Below, in pieces: positions 15,814-23,469 of a stretch of DNA of 34,112 bases (position 1 is the stretch's first letter; the number at the start of each line of letters is the position of its first letter). The stretch spans positions 1 to 34,112 of the forward strand of contig CAYRMP010000001.1 in the NCBI GenBank assembly GCA_964425545.1. Reading direction: 5' to 3'. The position numbers and the translations under genes were made by a program. The DNA comes from an uncultured Methanosarcinales archaeon. Lineage in GTDB: Archaea; Nanobdellota; Nanobdellia; Woesearchaeales; GW2011-AR9. The notes below the pieces were generated by a model. It made no database searches and had not been told where the DNA came from. It saw only the letters and a list, made by a program, of their open reading frames with translations.

Positions 15814-16107
15814 TTACGCCGTAGCGTAAGGTTGACAAACTCCCGATTCTATTTCTTCACAAGAGTTAGCTTCAAAGCAAGTTTTCCACTCGGAATCCAT
15901 CCAGTCTCCATCTTTACACTGTTCAACTAAATATTCGTAATCGCTGTCTGGTTCTTGCAAGCCGCAACCATACAATTTATTGATTACTTCTTCGCATGTA
16001 TTCAGGGGCGTGATACTTTCTGCGCCTTCTCCAGTAGCATAGCTGTTATAGGTGTCTCCGCAAGCTACGCTTGAAACTAAAATCGCTAAAGGTAGTATTT
16101 TTTTCAT
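15814..16107 (-). CDS. small secreted 6-Cys lipoprotein (97 aa), paralog A
   Basis: Signal peptide plus lipobox MKKILPLAILVSSVACG. GGAGG lies 8 nt upstream of the ATG. Mature Cys pattern is C-x9-C ... C-x12-C-x5-C-x7-C. Confidence 0.7.
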   Translation of the reverse strand: MKKILPLAILVSSVACGDTYNSYATGEGAESITPLNTCEEVINKLYGCGLQEPDSDYEYLVEQCKDGDWMDSEWKTCFEANSCEEIESGVCQPYATA

Positions 16108-16124
16108 TTTGTATTCCTCCGTGT

Positions 16125-16439
16125 TTAAAACTGTTTAAAAAGTGGATCACACTTTTCATTGATATCTTCGCAAGGGACTTGAAAGATACATTGGGTCCAT
16201 GCTGACTGATGGTTAGGGTAGTCGCCTTTTTCACATTCAGTGGGGTCTTTCCATTCATCGTTACCGTTTGCGTTGCATTCTACAACGTATCTTTGGTAAA
16301 TATCATTACAAGTATAGGTGCCGTTTGGTCCACTGCCGGGAATCTGGTAATAGTTGCTTACTTGGTCTCCGCCGCATGCGGTTATTGCTCCTAATACTAA
16401 TACTCTTGTTTTGTTTTTCAATAAATTTGTTAATGACAT
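16125..16439 (-). CDS. small secreted 6-Cys lipoprotein (104 aa), paralog B
   Basis: I prefer the ATG at 16439 (MSLTNLLKNKTRVLVLGAITACGG) because GGAGG lies 8 nt upstream; the ORF-track TTG start at 16484 is unlikely. Mature Cys pattern C-x10-C ... C-x13-C-x5-C-x6-C parallels paralog A. Confidence 0.7.
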   Translation of the reverse strand: MSLTNLLKNKTRVLVLGAITACGGDQVSNYYQIPGSGPNGTYTCNDIYQRYVVECNANGNDEWKDPTECEKGDYPNHQSAWTQCIFQVPCEDINEKCDPLFKQF

Positions 16440-16620
16440 GATAATTTCCTCCGCTATTACTAAGTTACTACTAGAAAAGGACAATTATTTATAAAACTTG
16501 CTATTAAAACGGTTAAATTCATTCTCAGACCTAAAAAAAATACGTTTGTAATTAGAAGACAATCACCTTCTTTTGTTAAGCACATAAAATGTGGTTTTTG
16601 AAGCCTAAAATCAAGGCATT

Positions 16621-16905
16621 TCATACCTCTATACCTTCTTTAACAGCTTCTTGAACAATAGTAATTTGTTTCTTTAATTTATTGAATTCTTTGGGTGTAT
16701 AACAGAGAAAATCCACCGGATAATGAATTTCCCAGTAATTGTACATTTTAGCTCCTCGTTCAACAAAATCAAGCTTCTTAAATTTAGAGCTTACCAGAAT
16801 TAAATCCACGTCGCTGTGTCGGCGAGAGCTGCCTTTAGCGCGAGATCCAAAAAAGATAACCTTATCTAATTTAAAATCTTTAAGCATAGTTGTTTTTCGA
16901 TCCAT
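16621..16905 (-). CDS. minimal nucleotidyltransferase (MNT), orphan with no adjacent HEPN
   Basis: FFGSRAKGSSRRHSDVDLILVS is the GS...D.D signature. The protein is 94 aa and collinear with the MNT at 4465..4794 (VDLEILCYSPEEI versus VDFLCYTPKEF; REALKQGKEI versus QEAVKEGIEV). It starts 9 nt after the Rpp30 stop. Confidence 0.8.
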   Translation of the reverse strand: MDRKTTMLKDFKLDKVIFFGSRAKGSSRRHSDVDLILVSSKFKKLDFVERGAKMYNYWEIHYPVDFLCYTPKEFNKLKKQITIVQEAVKEGIEV

Positions 16906-16914
16906 TTTAGCAGC

Positions 16915-17457
16915 TCAAAACCCTAAAACTCTTCCAAAAGCCTGCAAATCCTTGGCTGAACGCATTTCTTCTCTAGAATCAGCAAAACTGCACAAAATCA
17001 TTGGAACTTTATACTTTTTACAGAGCTTAACATTAAACATTATTCGGGCTAATAATTTCACCTTATCATGGGAATTTAGTATTTCTGCAAAAGAAAAGGC
17101 TAGAATCTTCTCTTTTTCGGCGGCGATATTGCATAAAATCTGATCTAGGGCTCCGCGCACAAAATGCAGGCTGTCTTTAGGATTAATGCTTTCCATGCCA
17201 TAGATAATATCTACGCCGTTCTTTTCTAAAGCAAACCGCAGCATCTCTTCTGAATCTGCCCTGAACACTGTTTTCAGTTTTTTATTTCTGGCGCTTTCTA
17301 TTTCCTTTAATAGTTCTTTCTGGGTCTTTCCTTTAAGAATAACAAAATTGCTATCAATGAAATTTACTTTAGTGAAACCTAGTTCTGCCGCTAATTTCTC
17401 TGTTTCTGTGTTCTTCTTCATAAAAACATAATCACCCATATATTGCAAAATAGTCAT
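16915..17457 (-). CDS. rnp3: RNase P protein component 3 (Rpp30 family)
   Basis: VDIIYGME...LDQILCNIAAEKEKILAFSFAEIL...LLARIMFNVKLCKKYKVPMILCSFADSREEMRSAKDLQAFGRVLGF follows the Rpp30 TIM-barrel pattern (vDil...ld.vla.lAae...aiEi.f..ll...r....n....l.rkygvpiiitSgA.....R.p.dl..l...lG). The start is uncertain: the TATA at 17462..17469 is too close to 17457, so Met7 (17439) or Met13 (17421) is more likely. Confidence 0.65.
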   Translation of the reverse strand: MTILQYMGDYVFMKKNTETEKLAAELGFTKVNFIDSNFVILKGKTQKELLKEIESARNKKLKTVFRADSEEMLRFALEKNGVDIIYGMESINPKDSLHFVRGALDQILCNIAAEKEKILAFSFAEILNSHDKVKLLARIMFNVKLCKKYKVPMILCSFADSREEMRSAKDLQAFGRVLGF

Positions 17458-17461
17458 TAAA

Positions 17462-17469
17462 TTTATAAA
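17462..17469. promoter_or_regulatory. palindromic TATA box (TTTATAAA) between divergent rnp3 and the SAMP operon
   Basis: It is the only TATA-like element in the 42-75 nt divergent spacer. It is a perfect palindrome and sits ~25-30 nt from Met7 of rnp3 on one side and from the GTG at 17500 on the other. Confidence 0.4.
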
Positions 17470-17532
17470 ATATCTCTAAAATTACCCCTTAACTAAACTG
17501 TGCCTTACTTAGAGACGCAGAGAGGGAAAGAA

Positions 17533-17736
17533 ATGAACATCAACGTATGTAACGAAAGAGAACAAACTAATACTAAAGTTGAATTTGCAGGAAAGACGGC
17601 CAGAGATCTTCTTAATCAACTAAAACTCAATCCTGAAGCCTTTATCTTAGTACGCAACAGTGAAGTTATAACTGAAGATGAACTGCTGCAGGACAGCGAT
17701 CTGATAGAACTTCTTAGCGTCATTTCCGGAGGATAA
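17533..17736 (+). CDS. ThiS/MoaD-type ubiquitin-like small modifier/sulfur carrier (SAMP/TtuB-like) ending in Gly-Gly
   Basis: The 67-aa product ends ...LIELLSVISGG-stop, the diagnostic C-terminal GG of beta-grasp sulfur carriers. GAGGG lies 7 nt upstream of the ATG at 17533; the ORF track offers a GTG at 17500 as an alternative. The stop is 1 nt before the next gene. Confidence 0.7.
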   Translation: MNINVCNEREQTNTKVEFAGKTARDLLNQLKLNPEAFILVRNSEVITEDELLQDSDLIELLSVISGG

Positions 17737-17737
17737 A

Positions 17738-18673
17738 ATGGCCTGTACCAAATGCAATAATAATGCCATCATTTCCCTCCAGCACGGAAATTTATGTAAA
17801 AATCATTTTATTGATTATTTTGAAGATAAGGTTTTCAAAACCATCAACAAGTATCAGTTAATCGGCAGAAATGAAAAATTGTGTGTGGCCGTTTCCGGAG
17901 GAAAGGATTCTTTAACCGTGCTTTATCTTACAAAAAAATACTTAGAAAAAAATAACCTTCCAAAAAATAATCTCTTTGCTCTTGCTATAGATGAAGGCAT
18001 AGACCAATACCGCGAAAAAACACTTGTTGATTTGAAAAAATTCTGTGAAGAGCATGCGGTTCCTTTAACTGTTGCTTCCTTCGAACAAGAATTGGGAAAA
18101 ACTCTTGATAAAGCTTACCCAATCATCAATAGAGATGCTAACAAGAAACCCTGCACTGTCTGCGGCGTATGGCGCCGTTATTTGCTCAACAAACATGCTA
18201 AAAAAATTGGCGCAGACAAAGTCATTACGGGACACAATCTGGACGATGAAGCACAGGCAATTATCATGAACGTTTTCAAAGCTAACACCAAACTTACTGG
18301 ACGCCTTGGCCCCATTTCCGGAGTTGAAGAACACGACTTATTTATCCAAAGAGTAAAACCACTTTATTTCTGTGCAGAAAAAGAAGTCCGCCTCTACGCC
18401 TTATTGAAAAATTTCCAGATCCAATTCGTTGAATGTCCCTATTCTAAAGAAGGATACCGGCACCACATCCAGGAGATGCTGAACGAATTCGAACATAAAT
18501 ATAAAGGAACAAAACAGGGAATTGTCAATTCTTTCCTGGCCTTGCTTCCCCTATTTCAAAATCCAGAGAAAAAAATCACGGAAAAAATACAGCTTTGCAG
18601 TATGTGCCAAGAGGCATCTAACAAAGAGGTCTGCAATGCCTGCCGGATGAAGGTGACTATCCAAAATGCATAG
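17738..18673 (+). CDS. TtuA/NcsA (Ncs6/Ctu1) family tRNA 2-thiolation PP-loop ATPase
   Basis: N-terminal zinc finger CTKC...CKNH. PP-loop VAVSGGKDSLTV. Fe-S ligand candidates are PCTVCGVWRR and ECPY. C-terminal zinc finger CSMCQEASNKEVCNAC. Confidence 0.85.
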   Translation: MACTKCNNNAIISLQHGNLCKNHFIDYFEDKVFKTINKYQLIGRNEKLCVAVSGGKDSLTVLYLTKKYLEKNNLPKNNLFALAIDEGIDQYREKTLVDLKKFCEEHAVPLTVASFEQELGKTLDKAYPIINRDANKKPCTVCGVWRRYLLNKHAKKIGADKVITGHNLDDEAQAIIMNVFKANTKLTGRLGPISGVEEHDLFIQRVKPLYFCAEKEVRLYALLKNFQIQFVECPYSKEGYRHHIQEMLNEFEHKYKGTKQGIVNSFLALLPLFQNPEKKITEKIQLCSMCQEASNKEVCNACRMKVTIQNA

Positions 18674-19622
18674 ATATTCTAGACAAATCCTGCTTAACGA
18701 AATAGGACAGGAAGGACAAAAAAAAATACAAGGCAAGAAAATAGCTGTCGTTGGAGTAGGTGCTCTCGGAACTGTGGCGGCTGAACTGTTAGCGCGGGCA
18801 GGAGTTGGTTCCTTGATTCTCATTGACAGGGATATGGTAGAAATATCAAACTTGCAACGGCAAACTTTGTTTGGAGAAAAAGATGTCGGAAGAAGTAAGG
18901 CTATTGCTGCAGAAAAAAGAATTGGAGAAATTAATTCCGAGATAAAAATTGAGCCGCACCCGATTCATCTTAACCCAAAAAACATGCAGGTATTGCAAAC
19001 GGTAGATCTTATCCTCGACTGTACTGATAATCTTCAAACCAGATTTCTGATCAATGACTACTGTAAAAAAGAAAGAAAACCCTGGATTTACGCTGCTGCG
19101 ATTAAAACGTCAGGATATGTTATGCCCATTCTTCCGGAAGGGCCTTGCTTGCAATGTTTCCTTTCTGAAACAAATCTTGAAACTTGTGATACAGCGGGAG
19201 TATTGAACACCATTACTGTTTCTATCGCTTCGTTACAAAGCACCCTAGCGTTAAAATTATTGCTAGGTAAAGAGATTGAATCAACTCTGTATCATTATGA
19301 CATCTGGAATCAAAATTTCAAAAAACTGAACATCAAAAAGAAAGAAAACTGTCCTACTTGTTCGGGTATTTTCTCTCGTTTAGAAAAAAAAGAAAATTCT
19401 AAATATGTTCGTTTCTGTTCGACCGGAAAATACCAAACCCTTGGACCGGAAGCGGATTTAAAGATAATAAAAGCGCGCTGGGAAAAAATAGGTAAGGTAA
19501 CGGAAGAAAAAGATTTGCTGTATTTTCAAAACATTACTTTGTTTAAAGATGGGCGGGCTTTAATTAAAGCAAATTCTAAAGAAGATGCACAAAGCCTATA
19601 TTCTCGGTTGGTTGGAAACTAA
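18666..19622 (+). CDS. E1-like MoeB/ThiF/UbaA adenylyltransferase with an extra C-terminal extension
   Basis: YSRQILL...KIAVVGVGALGTVAAELLARAGVGSLILIDRDMVEISNLQRQ is the Rossmann ATP site. Two CxxC pairs are present (CLQC, CPTC). About 85 aa follow the second CxxC. The start overlaps the ttuA-like stop by 8 nt. Confidence 0.85.
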   Translation: MHRYSRQILLNEIGQEGQKKIQGKKIAVVGVGALGTVAAELLARAGVGSLILIDRDMVEISNLQRQTLFGEKDVGRSKAIAAEKRIGEINSEIKIEPHPIHLNPKNMQVLQTVDLILDCTDNLQTRFLINDYCKKERKPWIYAAAIKTSGYVMPILPEGPCLQCFLSETNLETCDTAGVLNTITVSIASLQSTLALKLLLGKEIESTLYHYDIWNQNFKKLNIKKKENCPTCSGIFSRLEKKENSKYVRFCSTGKYQTLGPEADLKIIKARWEKIGKVTEEKDLLYFQNITLFKDGRALIKANSKEDAQSLYSRLVGN

Positions 19623-19699
19623 ATCGATTATTTAAAATTTCACAGAAAAATAAAAAACAGGCTCTGCTTTTTCTAAAGAAATGAGATAAGGCTTATTTT

Positions 19700-20542
19700 C
19701 TATTCTTTCCCGAACAGCCGTAACTGTTCTTTTATTTTCTCTTCGTTATGGGCAATTAACGGCCTCATTACTAAGAAACTAAAAGGATAACTTTTGTAAT
19801 TCTTTAAAACTTGACCGCTGACTAACACTGTAGCTTTATTTTTAGGAGCTATTTCTTCTATCTCCTGATAATTTCTTACTTTCCTTAATTGCAGGGAAAC
19901 AGGGCTAAATTTCTGCAACAGGGAGATATCTTTATCTCCAACGGCTACTGGAAATATGTTACAACCGCGCTTCATGAATAGTAACCCGGCTAATATGCTT
20001 GTGTCATTTTCTACCAGCAATAAAACATTTCCTTCTACTCCGGCAGGTAACCCCCCAAAACAAGGAACTGTTTCTACAAACAAATATGCTCCTTCTTGAT
20101 TTAGTTCTATTTCTAGAGTGATGTCCGGCTCCCCGTAAGAAAAACGTAAATCTGTTTTCCGTTCGACATGTTCGCCAACCAATCGATTAAATTCGGGAGA
20201 AGTGATGGGGAAGGACTTATCTGAACGTTTTGTAGCTATTCTAAATGTTCCTTTCTTCTCCTTTAATAGTTCTACGGCCTTACTTTGGATATCTTCTGTG
20301 TTTTTCTCCACGCGAACTGCAGGAGAATAGGATATTAGCCCGAAGACCCCGCGCAAAGCAGTATGTTCTTTAAAGTAACCCGTCAGCAGCCTTCCTTGGC
20401 CCCTTATAATCTTGGTCTTTGAATTGCCCCCGGATAAGGCTATTTTACGTATATTATCGACTAATTTGTGCTCAAAGAAGTCTTTATTCTTGCCTTTAAG
20501 AAATATCTCCCCATACCGCAGTAAAATAGTATCATAAGTCAT
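19700..20542 (-). CDS. ThiI-like protein (N-terminal ferredoxin-like + THUMP) with a degenerate, shortened PP-loop domain
   Basis: N-terminus ILLRYGEIFLKGKNKDFF is the ThiI signature, and a THUMP-like region follows. Where ThiI has GGLP.G..G.vl.LlSGGiDSpvAa.lmmkRG, this protein has GGLPAGVEGNVLLLVENDTSILAGLLFMKRG, so SGGxDS is replaced by VENDTS. The domain is about half normal length, yet LVSGQVL and RPLI remnants are collinear with ThiI. Confidence 0.7.
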   Translation of the reverse strand: MTYDTILLRYGEIFLKGKNKDFFEHKLVDNIRKIALSGGNSKTKIIRGQGRLLTGYFKEHTALRGVFGLISYSPAVRVEKNTEDIQSKAVELLKEKKGTFRIATKRSDKSFPITSPEFNRLVGEHVERKTDLRFSYGEPDITLEIELNQEGAYLFVETVPCFGGLPAGVEGNVLLLVENDTSILAGLLFMKRGCNIFPVAVGDKDISLLQKFSPVSLQLRKVRNYQEIEEIAPKNKATVLVSGQVLKNYKSYPFSFLVMRPLIAHNEEKIKEQLRLFGKE

Positions 20543-20660
20543 GGTTATTTTGACGCTAATTTCTTTAAAAACCTTCTCCTTTAACTTTGAAATTAACCCC
20601 TTGATTTCGGGTGGAAGGGAGTTATTTATTTATAAAGGGAATATTTAAATACTCTGAGCC

Positions 20661-20670
20661 CATTTATAAG
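20661..20670 (+). promoter_or_regulatory. TATA box for tbp
   Basis: CATTTATAAG is centred ~32 nt upstream of the ATG at 20698. Confidence 0.4.
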
Positions 20671-20697
20671 TAAAATTAAAATTTGGGGGCATCTAAA

Positions 20698-21258
20698 ATG
20701 GCAAAAAAAACTTCTAAAAAAGAGATAACCATTGTAAATATTGTTATTTCAAGTAGTTTGGAAAAAGATATACCTTTAGAAAAGATGGCTGCTACTCTGC
20801 CAAATACAGAATATAACCCCGAACAATTTCCGGGCTTAGTATTGCGCATTAAAGAACCTAAGACTTCAGCTCTTATTTTCTCTAGTGGAAAGATTGTCTG
20901 CACTGGTGCTAGAACTATGGAACAAGTAGAATTAAGTATCCAAAGTATCATCAAGAGTCTTAAGAAATTAAATATTCACGTTACTATTAAACCAAAAATC
21001 ACTGTCCAAAACATTGTAGCTTCCGGAAGCATCGGCATGGTTTTGAATCTGAACGTGCTGGGTTTAAAGCTGCCCAACACTGAATACGAACCAGAACAGT
21101 TTCCAGGTTTAGTACATAAACTTAAAGGGACTAGTGCTACTTTCCTGCTTTTCAGTAATGGTAAGATTGTCTGTACTGGTACAAAAACCGAACAGGAAGT
21201 AAATGAAGCTACTGATCTGTTGATAGAGCGGCTTAAGAAAGTATTAGAAAAGCCATAA
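20698..21258 (+). CDS. tbp: TATA-box binding protein
   Basis: Two direct repeats each carry LPNTEY(N/E)PEQFPGLV...(F/S)SxGKIVCTG(A/T). I prefer the ATG at 20698 (MAKKTSKK) over the TTG at 20683. Confidence 0.95.
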   Translation: MAKKTSKKEITIVNIVISSSLEKDIPLEKMAATLPNTEYNPEQFPGLVLRIKEPKTSALIFSSGKIVCTGARTMEQVELSIQSIIKSLKKLNIHVTIKPKITVQNIVASGSIGMVLNLNVLGLKLPNTEYEPEQFPGLVHKLKGTSATFLLFSNGKIVCTGTKTEQEVNEATDLLIERLKKVLEKP

Positions 21259-21337
21259 GATTGCATATAAATCTTTATAATCTGTTTATGTTTTTTATTT
21301 TAATAGAATTATCAAGAGAGGGGGCTCTAGAGCATTT

Positions 21338-23362
21338 ATGGAAGTCGACGAACAAATCAAGACATTTAGAGACTTTATTGAACAAAATTACTATCCACAA
21401 CTGTTAGAGGCGGTTCGTAAAGGAGAATCTTATATCAAACTTGATTTTTCTGAACTAGTTAAATTTAATACGGAAATTGCAGAAGAAGTATTAGAAAATC
21501 CTCAAGACCTTCTTAAAGCTGGTGAAATTGCCATCAAAGAATTTGATCTGCCTAAAAAAGTCAGCAAATTTAATGTCCGGTTTATCAATCTCCCCGAATC
21601 GCAAAAGGTGCTAATTAGTGAAATCAGAAGCAAGCATTTGAACAAACTGCTTTGGGTCGACGGAATAGTTCGTAATAAAACTGATGTCCGGCCTCACGTC
21701 AGCGCTTCTAAATTTGAATGCCCTTCTTGCGGAAATATTCTTACGGTTCTGCAGTTGGATCAAAAGTATAAGGAGCCAACTCGCTGTGGTTGCGGAAGAA
21801 AGGGAAAATTCAAAGAAATTTCTAAAGAGTTGGTTGATGGGCAGGGATTGGTATTGGAAGAAGCTGCAGAAGATTTGGACGGATCACAACCTAAAAGAAT
21901 AAACGTTTTCTTGCGGGACGATCTTGTTTCTCCACTTACTGAAAGAAAAACTAGCCCGGGTTCAAGAATCCAGTTGGTTGGCTGGGCCACTGAAGTGCCT
22001 ATTACCTTACGCACAGGAGGACAATCCACTAAGTACGAACTTATAGTTGAAGCTAATTCTACTGAAGCTCTTCACGACGACAGTATCAGCCTTAACATTA
22101 CTGAAAAAGATATGGAAGAAATCTTGAAAATAGCTAAATCCCCTGATCCGCTTCGTCTTCTGGCGGAAAGCTTAGCCCCCTCTATTTACGGACATGATAA
22201 GATAAAAGAAGCAATAATATTGCAGCTGGCAGGCGGATGTAGGAAAGTCCGTCCGGATGGTGTGGTTACCAGAGGAGATATGCATATGCTTTTAATTGGG
22301 GACCCGGGATCAGGAAAATCACAATTATTGAAAAGAATTTCTCAGATAGCGCCGAAGGCGCGTTTTGTCAGTGGAAAAGGAGCAACCGGTGCAGGATTAA
22401 CCGCATCTGTAGTCAAAGATGAATTTCTTGGCGGCTGGTCTTTAGAGGCAGGAACGTTGGTTTTGGCTAACCGAGGTTTTGCCGTTATTGATGAGATGGA
22501 TAAGATGGGCAAAGAAGATACTTCAGCCTTACACGAAGCCTTAGAGCAGCAGACCATAAGTATTGCTAAAGCCAACATCCAAGCCACCTTGCGCTGCGAA
22601 ACCACTGTTTTGGCCGCAGCAAACCCGAAACACGGCCGTTTTGATCCGTATGATTTAATTGCTAACCAAATCAATCTTCCTCCTACTTTAATAAACAGAT
22701 TTGACCTTATTTTCCCGGTTAAAGACTTGCCTAATCGAGAAAAAGATGAAACTACTGCTTCTTTTATTTTAAATTTTCATCGGGACCCATCAAAGGCGGT
22801 TGCTGAAATATCAACTGAATTGATGCGAAAATATTTTTCTTATGTGCGCTTGAAAATAAATCCTAAAATAAGTGAAGCTGCAATTGAAGAAATTAAAGAA
22901 TATTATGTTTCCATGCGTAACTCTGGAAATGTAGAAGAAGGCGGCGTACGCAGTATTCCCATTACGGCCAGACAGCTGGAAGCGCTTATTCGGTTATCTG
23001 AGGCTTCTGCAAAAATAAGATTAGCAAAAAGCGTCACTAAAAAAGACGCTCAGAAAGCAATTGAACTGGTAAGCCATTGTCTTAATGAAACGGCTAAAGA
23101 TAGTGAAACTGGAAAAATAGATATTGATCGTCTCGGAGGAAGCAAAATAACTGCCACCCAAAGGAATAGTTTCAGTATCATGAAAGAAATCATTGCTGCA
23201 TTGGAAGAGCAGCTTAATACAAAAATGATTCCTGTTGAAAATATAATTGAGGCAGCAAAAGAAAAAAACATTCCTCCGGAAAAAGTAGAAAAGTCTCTTG
23301 AAAAATTGCGCAGATCCGGGGACGTATTTGAACCAAAACGAGGGTTTGTTCAGAGACTTTAA
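21338..23362 (+). CDS. mcm: MCM replicative helicase
   Basis: Zinc finger CPSCGN...CGCG; Walker A LLIGDPGSGKSQLL; Walker B AVIDEMDKM; SALHEALEQQTISIAKA; arginine-finger region NRFDLIF; C-terminal winged helix. The size (674 aa) leaves no room for an intein. Confidence 0.95.
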   Translation: MEVDEQIKTFRDFIEQNYYPQLLEAVRKGESYIKLDFSELVKFNTEIAEEVLENPQDLLKAGEIAIKEFDLPKKVSKFNVRFINLPESQKVLISEIRSKHLNKLLWVDGIVRNKTDVRPHVSASKFECPSCGNILTVLQLDQKYKEPTRCGCGRKGKFKEISKELVDGQGLVLEEAAEDLDGSQPKRINVFLRDDLVSPLTERKTSPGSRIQLVGWATEVPITLRTGGQSTKYELIVEANSTEALHDDSISLNITEKDMEEILKIAKSPDPLRLLAESLAPSIYGHDKIKEAIILQLAGGCRKVRPDGVVTRGDMHMLLIGDPGSGKSQLLKRISQIAPKARFVSGKGATGAGLTASVVKDEFLGGWSLEAGTLVLANRGFAVIDEMDKMGKEDTSALHEALEQQTISIAKANIQATLRCETTVLAAANPKHGRFDPYDLIANQINLPPTLINRFDLIFPVKDLPNREKDETTASFILNFHRDPSKAVAEISTELMRKYFSYVRLKINPKISEAAIEEIKEYYVSMRNSGNVEEGGVRSIPITARQLEALIRLSEASAKIRLAKSVTKKDAQKAIELVSHCLNETAKDSETGKIDIDRLGGSKITATQRNSFSIMKEIIAALEEQLNTKMIPVENIIEAAKEKNIPPEKVEKSLEKLRRSGDVFEPKRGFVQRL

Positions 23363-23469
23363 CATCCATAAATAAGAATATAAATAAAAATTAAATTGTA
23401 ATTTGATACTAAGCGGATCATAATTAAACCATTGGAAAAAAGTAATAAACTTAATTAAAATAAAAAAAA

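Noticed and set aside
8331-16905. Treating the accessory block as a mobile genetic element or integrated virus.
   Set aside because: No integrase, transposase, tRNA target, flanking direct repeats or viral hallmark genes are visible. Only TA-like genes and secreted proteins are present, so mobility is unsupported.
16739-17143. 134-aa plus-strand ORF.
   Set aside because: It is antisense to both the orphan MNT and Rpp30 genes, which have clear family motifs.
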